Assembly: GCA_002633005.1 (NCBI GenBank)
Contig: NMRA01000406.1
Span: 190,862 to 254,861, forward strand
Reading direction: 5' to 3'
From: Phoronis australis
Taxonomy: Eukaryota > Animalia > Phoronida
DNA length: 64,000 nucleotides
This document shows, piece after piece, positions 28,401 to 40,400 of the stretch. The translations under genes and the position numbers were made by a program. The first letter of the stretch is position 1. The number at the start of each line of letters is the position of its first letter. Under the pieces are notes generated by a model. It ran no database searches. It was not told where the DNA came from and saw nothing but the letters and a program-made list of their open reading frames with translations.

Positions 28401-31400
28401 TTCCGATTCACCCAAGTGTAAGCAACAGCAATTGTCTGTATTAACACGTAAATTCCAAAACAAGAGTATTCTTTTTCATCTTCATTGCTATCATCTTGTA
28501 TCAATATGGCTGGCAAGTTAAATTCTATGTTGTCAAGATTTCTTCACAAAAGAAAACAATATTAACACTTTAGTCTATTTCCGTCGTGGTTTGTAGTGTG
28601 TAGATGTCGGAAATCAAAATTTGGTAAAATTTCAATTATTTGCAGCATGGTAATCAGCCTTTGAAAATTAGAAAAATTATTATTTTATCAATTATTTTTT
28701 GCGAAATTAGTGAAAAGTACTGTAGCCTAAACCAGCGATGTCATGTTGCTAAGATAAACAACACCATACCTTAGCAGGTGTCTGGGCTACAGTTTCAACA
28801 CCAAAAGACAGAACTGACAATATTTATTTCCTTGTATAGAGGAAATGAGGTATGTAAAAGATTTGCTCGAGTTTCACAACTCCTACATGGTTTGATATAA
28901 CCGCTTGTAAATACTGACAATAAAAAGTCTATTTGAACAAGATAAGGTGACACAGTTGTGTGATGTAGTGTGCACAAGCAATGTTTTAACCTCAGGTGTG
29001 TCTCAGTTTTAACTATGTCTACAGATATGCCTGTTGAATTATCTGTGATAAATCAGGTAGTGAACTCACTCACTGGGTCGGCCCAGTCATAATTCAGATC
29101 AGCCAATCAGAGCATAACCACAAGGACTTCTCACTTGGGCATAACCCTTCATCATTCATGCATTTGATGACAGATTACACGGTCATATTTGGAGATTGTA
29201 CGTGATTTGTATAGGAAGCGTTCCGTCACAGTGTATTGGCTGCAGTTGACTCTATGAGGACAAATAGTATGAAAGATATGCCATACTTCAGGTTGGTGGA
29301 TTAAGTTTTGATGACCTGGTTTTGGATGTCATCCAGTCAATTTAAATGTGAAAGTACAGATTGATGTGTTTGTTTAATCAGTTGTAAAAATACTGTATTT
29401 CTACTAAGGAACTTTCAGGTCTCAGTGGTCTTGTTTCGTGTCTAAAAATATCTACAAAAACTGCTTTCCCATTGACCAAACCGCAGTAAAGAGCTAGTGA
29501 AATATACCATAAGATAATTAAGATAAGAAACGGTAGTAAAAAGTCATCGTTTTAAAGTCATCGTTTCCATGGACTGGATTTAAAACTCACTGCAGTAAAG
29601 AACTAAGATTAAACGGATTAAGACCACAGACTGTGTGATGAACATTTAGGACGAGACCTGGCTCAAGTTCAATATCTGTCTCGTGGTGAGAAAAATCTAG
29701 CCAAAATCACGTGCTTTCATTAAAAATGAATGGCAAGATCTTGCATTTCTAGCAAGACACTAGTATTATTGAACTCGACCCTGGATGAAGGTGGAGCCAA
29801 AATGAAGTTCAGTGAGATGATCAGTCACAGAAATTGCATTGCTCAGACTTAGCAGGATTGAAGTTTCGACAAGAGACCAATTTGAACTTCTGACTTTCTG
29901 GAAGCTCATATTTTTTAATTCTAATGCGATCGAATGACAGAGATTGAATAGAGGACAGTGAAGTGAAATTGACTCACGTCAAACCGACAAGACAACTTTA
30001 CTGTGGTAGCCATGTTTATTCTGGTGAATTAAGCAATCCTACAGACTTATCCTGCTCTATTTTACGCTAGCTAAATCCAGGTTCTGAAGAGGAGTAAATT
30101 ACAATACCGCAGTAAATTTTGTCCGGTAGTAAATGACCGTGCCCATTAAAGTTAAGCCATTTGAGGTCAGTGAAGAATGTTACACTGGGGGAGTAAAGGT
30201 GCAATAGAATGAAAGCAGTTAAAGTTAAACAGATTTCAAAAGTAATAAAGCAAGTTTCTCTGGACAAATCTGAACATCCGACATCTTGTAGGATACCTTG
30301 AAAATAGTTTTAGATACCCTAGTTATCCAAATCAAAGCATGTGGATGATGATCTTGAAATTTTCAATTTTGAATACCTTCAATAAAGACACAATGTTATG
30401 TAATAACGCCATACATGACAAACAAGAATTGTGTTGTATGTGCCGTTTACACTTACAAAGTTGACACGGATCAGCTGACATGGAACAAGTTGTTCCAGTG
30501 CGTAAACGGACTGACACGGAGAAAATTGACACCGCGGTGACAAATTTTTGCCACCCGTTTGTGAGTTAGAGCAATTTGCGCCCGAACATCTTGCGCCGTG
30601 TCAATTATAAGTCTAAACGCGAAACTGCAGCGAGGCGGAAAGGATCATCTCTACTGCGCTTGTGCAATGACCTTCGTACAGGTTCTGCAACTCTCGTCAT
30701 TTGTAAACCTGCGCATGTGCGATCCAGTCTCTCCAGCCAGTAATTTCCATCTTGCCATGGTTAGTGAGTTGCGTGTGTAAACAGCCGCTTGACACGGGTC
30801 AACTTTCTCCGTGTCAGTTGCGCCGGACCAAACGTTGATGTCTAAACGGGACTGTAGACATTCAGTAGTGCTCCTCAGCCAGAGAATGACTTACAACACT
30901 GTGCTTTTTCAGTGAGGCACAAATAGTAGAACAAAATCAAGACTCTATGGTCACCCATCAACGTTCAAACTATTCTTACAAAGCTATTCTTACACCGCTA
31001 TTTAGTGGAAGAGGGATCCATTTTATCCCAAGTATCACGAATCTATGATTAATGTAAAAAATAAATAAGCGGTGATGTGTCACAGGTGACAAAAAAAGAA
31101 CCTAGGAGGAGTATACACAAAGTTTATATTTCCAAACAACACTGCCACCGCAAGTTTAGAGAACAGGTGGATGATTCAAAGCTGCAATGCAACTCTGCAG
31201 ACATGTTGTGGTGTGAAATCTAGTCTAAAATACCACTTCATACCACTCAAATAACTTCCTACACATTAAATAGGCAAATTGAACACAGGTCATCAAATTG
31301 GGTAAAATGAGTCCAATTTGCAAAAATGATGTCTGGATCATAATAGATGCCCTTAATGAGCAGAAAAATATCTGACACACAGTAATTGATGTGTTGAGTT

Positions 31401-34400
31401 TTTATGTTTTCACGTGACAGAATGAATGATTAAGATGTGTTATACAGTATCTCTGGAAGTATAGCTAGTGCACAAGCTAAATGTAGACAGATTCCTGGTG
31501 GTGCCACCATAGTCGCTTTGACCACAGGCATATTAAGCAGTGGGGGATCTGCACCCCAGATTAGGGCACAAATAGTGAACATTTGGGCACTTACTCACTT
31601 ATAGGGACTCAGATTTTGAAAACCAGTTTGATGACCATTATGCAGAGGAGAAAACTGGTTCTCAAACCGGAGACCCCTGTAAGTGAACAGTACCAAAATT
31701 CGGGCAAAATGAGAAAAACTTAAGGAAGGGCGTCATCGAATTGAAAAGCCCAGGAAGGATATTAGGGGAGTGGCAATGTTAATAAAATAAAGAAATATAT
31801 TACTCATATGGGAGGATTGGAAGGTGGAATCCAATGGCGGGAGGGGCGGGGTATGTAATCATTATGATGGTGACCTAGAGAATACTATGGTGCATATAAT
31901 TATATTACGATCAAAGTCTAGATTCTCCCACTTGCATTAGTAGACATATTCCTCTGAGCAGAACGTTTGATTAAAGATTGAAGTTACACTTGCTTCCTTT
32001 CTACAGTAAAATGCCTTAAATGACTTTAAATAAAATTAATTAAAATCCATTTGAGGATCAAATCGATTTAGGAAGCGTGTGTTAATGCAAGTGGTGTAGC
32101 TTGAATCGATTCAATATGAACCAATTAATTCTAAAACTGATTAGTACCTTGTCAAGTGTGCTTCGACCAAAATGAGTGAAGTAACATATACTTGGGCACA
32201 TGACATCTAGGTTCATGTCTGTACCTTTAGTTAAGTATTTCACACACCATTTGATTTCACCACGCACTTTTGTCTCCTAGATCTCATTATCATAGATCAG
32301 CAAATGAGATGAAATCCAATCAAATCACCCGACATTTACAAACAAACTTTTTGACCGGAGGGTGATAAGTGCGTATGCGCCATATTTGTCCACCACAAAG
32401 ACTCAAACTAAGGTCAAAAACAGCGGGACAAATTGCAGCCAAAACATCTCCTACAATGTGATTGTAATGATTTGCTCCTTTATTTTAAGAATGCATTGGC
32501 TGATATTTCTGGCATATCATGTCCAGCATTGTGGCTATAATGATTTGTTCCTATTTTTCAGAATGCCGTTGGCGGTGATCTTTCTGCTCTCACTGGTCTA
32601 CCCATCTACTTCCTTTACCTGCCCAACAGATGGCGTTGTGTCCAAAGAATACCTCGAGAACATTCCAAAAAATAAAAAACTGTCTTTAAACAAATGTTTT
32701 CCACCGATAACAAGCATAACAGATGACGCCTTCGCTGATTTTACTCAAGTAGAAACAATAGATGTCGCGGAAAATCTAATAACAACAATTACAGACAGGA
32801 CATTTGCACATTTAGTCAACTTGAAAATTTTACATTTGACATCGAACAAGTTGAGCGAAATAAAGAATACACCATTTAAAGAACTATATAAACTTGAGGA
32901 TCTGTTCTTAAACAGGAACGAGATTAAGACAATTGAGAAAAATGCATTCAATGGTTTGGAAAACCTTGAACAATTGCTTCTGGACAACAACAGAATTACA
33001 CAACTTCCGGATTATGTATTTGCTCAATTGGAATATGTGTGGAATCTTCATTTGGGGGATAATGCCCTGATTCGTGTTGGTCGCAACATGCTGTCTGGTT
33101 TGGATTCTATGTTCACATGCCACTTGGAGAATAACCAAATTGTTGAGATCGAGGAGGGTGCATTTACCGACAACGAAGTACTGGATTCATTGTACCTCAG
33201 CAATAACAAATTGACCACAGTGCGCACTGGAACATTCCACGGACTGCAAGGGGGTCTCACCTCATTGTCACTCCAAGGCAATTTAATCAGCACAATCGAG
33301 AAAAATGCATTTGCTGGTCTGGAGATGTTGGAAGAGCTGTTATTAAGTAACAACAAGATTGAGCGGCTGCCAGATGATGCCTTCTGGGGTACAGAAGGTG
33401 AAACGATCCAGTCCAAGCTGGAAAGATTACAATTAGAGGAAAACGGACTTACAGACATCTCCAGACATGCATTCAGAGGACTGCAAATGCTTGAAGAGTT
33501 AGACTTAAACAACAATGCACTGAGGACTCTGGAAGATGGCATCTTCAGTGATCTGCGAAAATTGAAAGAGCTGAATTTGTTTGACAACAAGATATCTAGA
33601 ATTTCGCAGCGGGCTTTTCAAGGTTTGGATAGCCTTTCACGTCTCCGACTACACGCCAATCGAATTGAAATGCTGCAGAAAGATGTGTTCAACGGTATGG
33701 GACAACTGAGAATCCTAATCCTCTACAACAATAAAATTAGAAAGATAGAGGTGGGTGCATTTGAAGGCTTGAACAAATTACAGCAAATATCTGTTCAAGA
33801 TAATCAACTTGAGGCCCTTGACACTGGCGTATTTGAGATTTTACAAGACGTTGTGTACATATACCTGCAAAATAACAACATCAGAACAATTCAACCAGGT
33901 GCTTTTCGCGGACTCTCTAAGCTGACTTCATTAAACTTATACAACAATTCAATAACTGAACTGAAAAATGGTGCATTTCGTGGATTGGATAAATGTCGTT
34001 ACATTTTCCTGTACGATAATGAAATTGAGTCAGTTGAAGATGAGGCATTTTATCCACTCACTAGGGCTACTCTTATTCGTCTGGACAATAACCGAATACG
34101 TCAACTAGGTGACAGAGTGTTTAGCAAGCAAACAAGCTGTGACGTGAGCCTTAACAACAACTTGATACAAACACTGCAACAATCTACGGCAAGTCAATGG
34201 CCTGGCATTAACAAAATTCATCTCAGGGGGAATCCCTTGCACTGCAACTGCAAACTTTCGTGGTTGAAAGAAGAGTACAATGAATACACAACTGGTACAA
34301 GACAACAACGTTACACATTTGCTACCTGCAAGACACCATTTCAAGGAGCTATAGGTAAAGTTGATAGCGACAGATTTACATGTAAGGCACCAACCAGGCC

Positions 34401-37400
34401 AGTTATCAGTGTGGATTATGAAAATAACACAATTCCCGTCAGGCTTACTTGTACATCTCAGGCAGACCCAGCTGCAACGCTGACCATTCAACAAGGATCT
34501 GAGCAAGTGATTATAAAGCAAGCCAATTTTAATCTATCAGTGACAGAGAACACTGTTGATTACATGTTACCACAAGACTGGACTGGCATGTACACATGTA
34601 GGGCAGCTAATGATGTGGGGGTGACACAGGCAGAGACTGTCATAGTGTTTCCCACAACAACTGCCCCACCAACAACAACTACAACAGAAACACCAACTAC
34701 AACAACAACAACAACAACAACCACAACGATGCCTAAAACTACAACAACAGTGCCAACAACCACAACAATGCCAACAACTACAACAACTGTACCAACAACA
34801 ACAACGACAACACCTACAACTACAACAACAGTACCAACAACTACAACAACAATGCCAACAACCACAACAATGCCAACAACCACAACAATGCCAACAACAA
34901 CAGTGGCAACAACTACAACAACAATACCAACCACAACAACAAAGCCAACAACACAAAGCACAACATTGCCAACAACACCAGAGCCAACAACACCAAAGCC
35001 AACCACACCAGAACCACCTACCACAACAATAAAACCAACACCAAAGACTAAAGCACCACCTACAAGGAAACGTAGCACTACTTCTACACCTAAAGCTCCA
35101 AGCACGAAGATAAGTAAACCCAAGCCTAAACCAGAAGCCACGTCTGCAAGTGAGCACCTAATCACAACAGAAGCCAGCTACTCAGTCCTCACAGATAGGC
35201 CTATTTCAACGCAACCTACTGGACACTCATCAACGCCGTTCATGGAGAAATATGGATTGTACATTGGCATAGGAAGTGGTGGGTTGTTAGTCATTATTGT
35301 TCTGGTAGTGTTTGTGACAATCCTTGTTAAAAAACGGAAATGTCAATGTTGCAGAAAAGATAAATACGCTGTACCTACAATATCGGTGATTGCAAAAACA
35401 GAAGTGAAAATATCAGCGACTCAGTACTATGACGAAGTGCCTACGGTGGAGAGAAACTCATCTGATGGCAACAAGTTCTCCATCAAGGTGCCCTACATAA
35501 AAAATGCCATGAAATCGGACAGGAAGAAAAAGTCGTGCAGCATGAAATACGACAGTAATTTAGACTTGAATAAGCTGAATAACATGTTGTCAACAGACAG
35601 TAATGACAACAGTCCTGAGGAGCAGAACCCTATGTTACCTCCAGAACAACACACCTTAGAGAAACGCTACAATTTACCAACTAATATTTATGATGAAAAC
35701 CAAGACACTTCAGAAAAGAGGTACAGTCTTCCACCAACAGGATACGATCAAACACAAGTGAACTTCTCCACATTTAGGAGACCCACAGGTATGCGGAAAC
35801 CAATCAATAATGAACAGTTGGACTATGTGTGACCTAACCAGTGACTAAAAGACCGCAGCCAAGTGGAAAAGTGAAAAACAAAGTAACAGTTTATTCAAGA
35901 CTGTAAGAGCAAATTGGGAGTAATTCCACTGAAGTCATTTTCACATTTTTTGTGTCTTACCACTGAGAAATGCTAAGTGCTTCAAGTGGATAATTTACAA
36001 TCGACAACACTTTGTCCATTAGCTAAAATCAGAGTTAGTATCATTGCATGAGTTGCGTCACAAGAAAATTCATCATTCCAACGTATATTTGATGTACTTC
36101 ATTTTTATTTAATATTTTGATATTTCTTCCGAGTTTAACTCGGCGAATGCATTTTATTGGCCATTACCGAGTATTTATTTAATGACCCCAGTCAAACTGG
36201 GACATTTAGGACAACGATGATTATTTAGTTTAATTTGTTGTCTCAAGTAGGTGCATAAATTTAGACAGACTATGACTGATCCACTCACTGATGTTTTCTG
36301 TTATACAGAATTTGATGTTTGCAAAAGACTTCAAAACTAGAATGTCCAACTTTGGTGCTGGTTGTGGTGACCAGCCCTGACAGTAACACTCATGTTGTAG
36401 TAAATATAAAGTATGAGCAATTCACGTAGGACTCCATGGTTGTCACTTAGTTACAGTAAAAATTCTCCACTTCGGAACAGTGATAAATTAATTATTTTGC
36501 TCAAAGTCGGAGTTTGTTCCAAATTCTAAAAATAGGCAATACTGCCAATCACAAATTCAAGAGTCACTGGAAAAATGACAAAATTACCCACTCAAAGTAG
36601 ATTGAAAACGTGCCCAAACTTTGAGAATTATGTTGAACACCAAAATCACCCTCGTCTCAAACTACGAATGAACAAAATTTGTGAAAGTAACGTGTCCTAA
36701 ATTCTTGACTATCCAAATTTTTTACCATATACTAAGACTCACTAGTGAGTAGTGACAAATCAACCATGTACCATGGAAGCTCAGGATTACATCTTATTCT
36801 ATAAAGAATGGAAAAAGAAACATTGCTGTTCTTTCATGGCCACATTTGACATTGTTGGGAACTTCTACGAGCACCTTACTTGGGCAGGTACAGAGGATGA
36901 AATTATTGGTCTCAGGGAAAGATTTTATCAACAACGCCTCAGTTAATCATTAGCTAACAGTCAACCCCTTTTGTTACAGTAAAGTAAGCGTGATTAATTA
37001 ATAAGGCTGCATATTGTAACCTACGAAATACAATTTAATTATGTTATAACTTAATTATGTAACTGTGATGGATGGATGATTTTTTGATAATGTGCTACTT
37101 TTCGTATGTTGTAAATTATTTTTACGGAGCTTGTACAGATTTGTCAAATGACGAAGAAGTAGTAACAACCAATAAAATGAAAAATTTTGCATTAAAAAGT
37201 GTCAACTTTCCTACTGTGCATGACGTGAAACTATTCCAACAATTTTTGCAATGACCTTGAAAATAAGAACGATGTTGCAAAATTCGATTGGCGCCTGGAG
37301 ATTCCCCATCCACAACCCAGTGAACTTAACGTAAAGGGTCTTTTGAGATACCACAGCAACAACATTTTCCAAGTAGAACCATTAGAAACTCGGTTCGTTT

Positions 37401-40400
37401 CACAGCACCTAGTACTTAGACAATGGATTCTAGTGTACCAGAACCACTGACATCATCAATTCTAGTTTTCACAAGCGCTGACCTAAACGCATTTTTGGGA
37501 ACCATGGTAATTACCGCATTAACCATGACTTTCTAGAAAAAAAACAGGCTGAAATAAACTGCAATATTGGACGTTGTTTGGCTTCTAAAAGTTGGTCGAG
37601 GACGACTTTTCTCCAAAGAAACGGGATTAAAATTAAGCCAAAATGACAAACAACTGGAATCCGTTGGTTGACCAATACTTCTATCACCTTAATGGATTCA
37701 TTGTAGTACATAAATTGGCAGGCAAGTTGTGATGTGGGACAAAAGACTGCGCAAACTCTTGTACACTGTATAGACTTTAGGTGGTTTCCCACTGATTAAA
37801 CTGAAATAAAGAATCAGCCTAACAGACCTTACGATAATTAAGATAAGCTACGATAGTAAATAGGGGTGTCTTGGATTACACGTTCCGGAGAAAAAAAGAG
37901 CGTGACCTCGCTTTGGAAATCAGGCAATTTTCGTGTATGTCGTTGATGTTGGGACGGCAAAAAATTTCACATCACGCATCCACAGGTATTTGGCCAGTTT
38001 ATCAAACTTTTTCACGTCGGAGTTGCAGCCCACAGCACAGCAGTAATACTTCGTTGGCATTGAGACGATTAGCGTAATGCAAACGAGAAAAACTTGAAAA
38101 GAAGCAGATAACAATGAATGTTTACAACATTGTGGGTATATACAGTGATATTCGAGTGTCGCTGGGTAATCTGAAACGGCCCTATTGCCAGTGATCCCAA
38201 TGGACCGGATTAACAGCCACCACAGTAAATATCTATGGTTAAACGGATTAAGACCACAAACAGGGCATGTATCGGACCATGTGGAATGAGTCGCAGATAA
38301 AGGTGACAGAAAACGGGCCAAACGAGATGCTTGTTCAAGTTGCATTGTCCTTACGATTCAGGGGTTCTGCTGGATTTTTGAAACGCCGGCACGTATTGAT
38401 TAAATCCCGGTCCCAAAGAAAATCGTCTGTCATTTTAATCTAAGTTGAATTTCTCAGATAAACATTGAGCTAACAACAAAAGACCTATGACTCCTGGTAC
38501 ATACTAAGTTCATAGGAGTAACAGTCGTCGCCAGTGGCAGTGGTGGCCGGGGACAGTATTTTGTAGGCATCTTCCTCAGTGCACTAACAATGACAACGTT
38601 GTTGAAATGTACACCAACAATATCTAAATGTACAACCTCTCATTACTACGCAACAAATTTATTTTTCAAAACTGAAACATTTTTCTCACAGTTTCAAGAG
38701 CCAAATCCTTGGCTTGCAAACTATGTCAAAAGGTCACCAAAACTGATTGCACATGAAGTCGATCCTCAGTAAAAATATGAACAAATCCCAAAGTTACCTT
38801 TATGAGATATCACTTCAACAACATTCTGCAACACATCAACGTATGAACAATTGACAGACCATCACGAATACTAATGCTACGGCTAATTAACATACTGATA
38901 GCAGCTTTCCCTATTCCACACAACAGCACAATAGTATTTTGATGGCAAACCTGCACAATTTTTTGGTTTCTGGAAAATAGAAGACAGGTGTTTTACCTGG
39001 CCCAAGATACGCACCTTATTCAATAGCACCTTGTTAGCAGCGTTCAGTTTACTCTTATCTTCCACCCAACTGGTATCCTGTAAAAACAGCAACTAAATGA
39101 CATCCAACTGTTTCCAAAAAGGATCAATTGAATTGTTAACGGCAAAGAAAATAGAAAACATTTTTGCAAGCCATTGTGCTCATTACTAATGTGCTTAAAC
39201 TCAATATTTAACTTCCATGGTCAGATCCAGTCTTGGTAACTGTTGGACAGAATGGGTTGTCATGGGAACACAGACATGCTTTTATCATATCTCTTTCCTG
39301 TGGTAGGAGTGACTACAGTTTCAGAGGCAAATCAAAACAATGACCAATTCATAAAACAAAGCTGGAAAACTAACATACACAAGTCATGAACTAAAGTGTT
39401 GAAGCATAAACAACTCTACGTTAATTCTAATGTCAAGAAGCAGCCAAATTCAATTCTTAGGAAATCAATATCTTTAAAATCCCCACCTGGTTTTGTAGCT
39501 GGGATTGGATGGATATGGTGACAACATTATAGTTAATGGCTTGGGTGGCCACAATGCCCACTAAACCATAGCGCATATTCCACCCATAACCTTCAAAATT
39601 ACTATAACATGTAAAATTGCCAATGGCTAAGCTTTAAATTAGATTATTCCTGACCACATCCACAGACCCCTGCAATGGAAGCAGACGATCCTCACTTTGA
39701 CAATATTCCGCACCCTTAGACTACAAAACATTACAACAATATTGACAAATATTTTGCAGAAGTAGCTTCCATTTGTACCAAACAAAATTCCACAATAAGC
39801 CTATTCCATAGCAAGCAACAACAGCAGAACACACAAATGCAAACTACTATCCATGCATAAGTGACTTGACATATAGATGCCTAAAGTTCAATAAAAATAC
39901 CAAAACAAACCAGCAAATTCTACACTATCACTGAATGATAACGACATCCCAATGATATGTTAGTTAAGGCTGTGAGTTAATAAAGACCAAAAACCATGGG
40001 GTGTTGTCCTTAACAGCAGGTGTTGCCCTCAGCAGCGAGCACTTTGTGTCAACAAGGAAAGTAAAGAATCAACTGCAACTCACAGAACAATAATTCTTTG
40101 GTGGCATATTGGACAACATATAGTCATTGTGAAAACAAGACATATGCATTACAGCAACATCTGTACCACAATGACACAAGATGACTGGCCTCCTAAGGGC
40201 TAAATACTGAGGAGCACAGTTCTACCTTTTGGGATGTGGCTACAGGGCAAGGTAAGGCTATAGGCACTTGAGATGCTGTTATTGTGTAATGTTTCCTGCA
40301 AGATCTAGAGAACACAGCTTTGTACAATAAACTTGTCAGTTCATTCTCTCAATGTTATTCACTAGTTTCAATGAGTCAACAACCTCAAATCAACATGCAC

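Noticed and set aside
32362-32562. First 67 aa of the 1156-aa ORF
   Set aside because: GTG start upstream of a good splice acceptor; the signal peptide starts at 32563, so this is probably intron.
32745-34521. Other minus-strand ORFs overlapping the LRR gene
   Set aside because: Antisense shadows with no independent motifs.
34560-35165. Val-rich 201-aa and Cys-rich 196-aa minus-strand ORFs
   Set aside because: Antisense shadows of the ACA/CCA-rich Thr stalk codons; not keratin-associated or metallothionein-like genes.
36186-36712. Weak inverted repeat atttaggaca / tgtcctaaat downstream of the LRR gene
   Set aside because: The match is too short and has no TSD, so I do not call an element.
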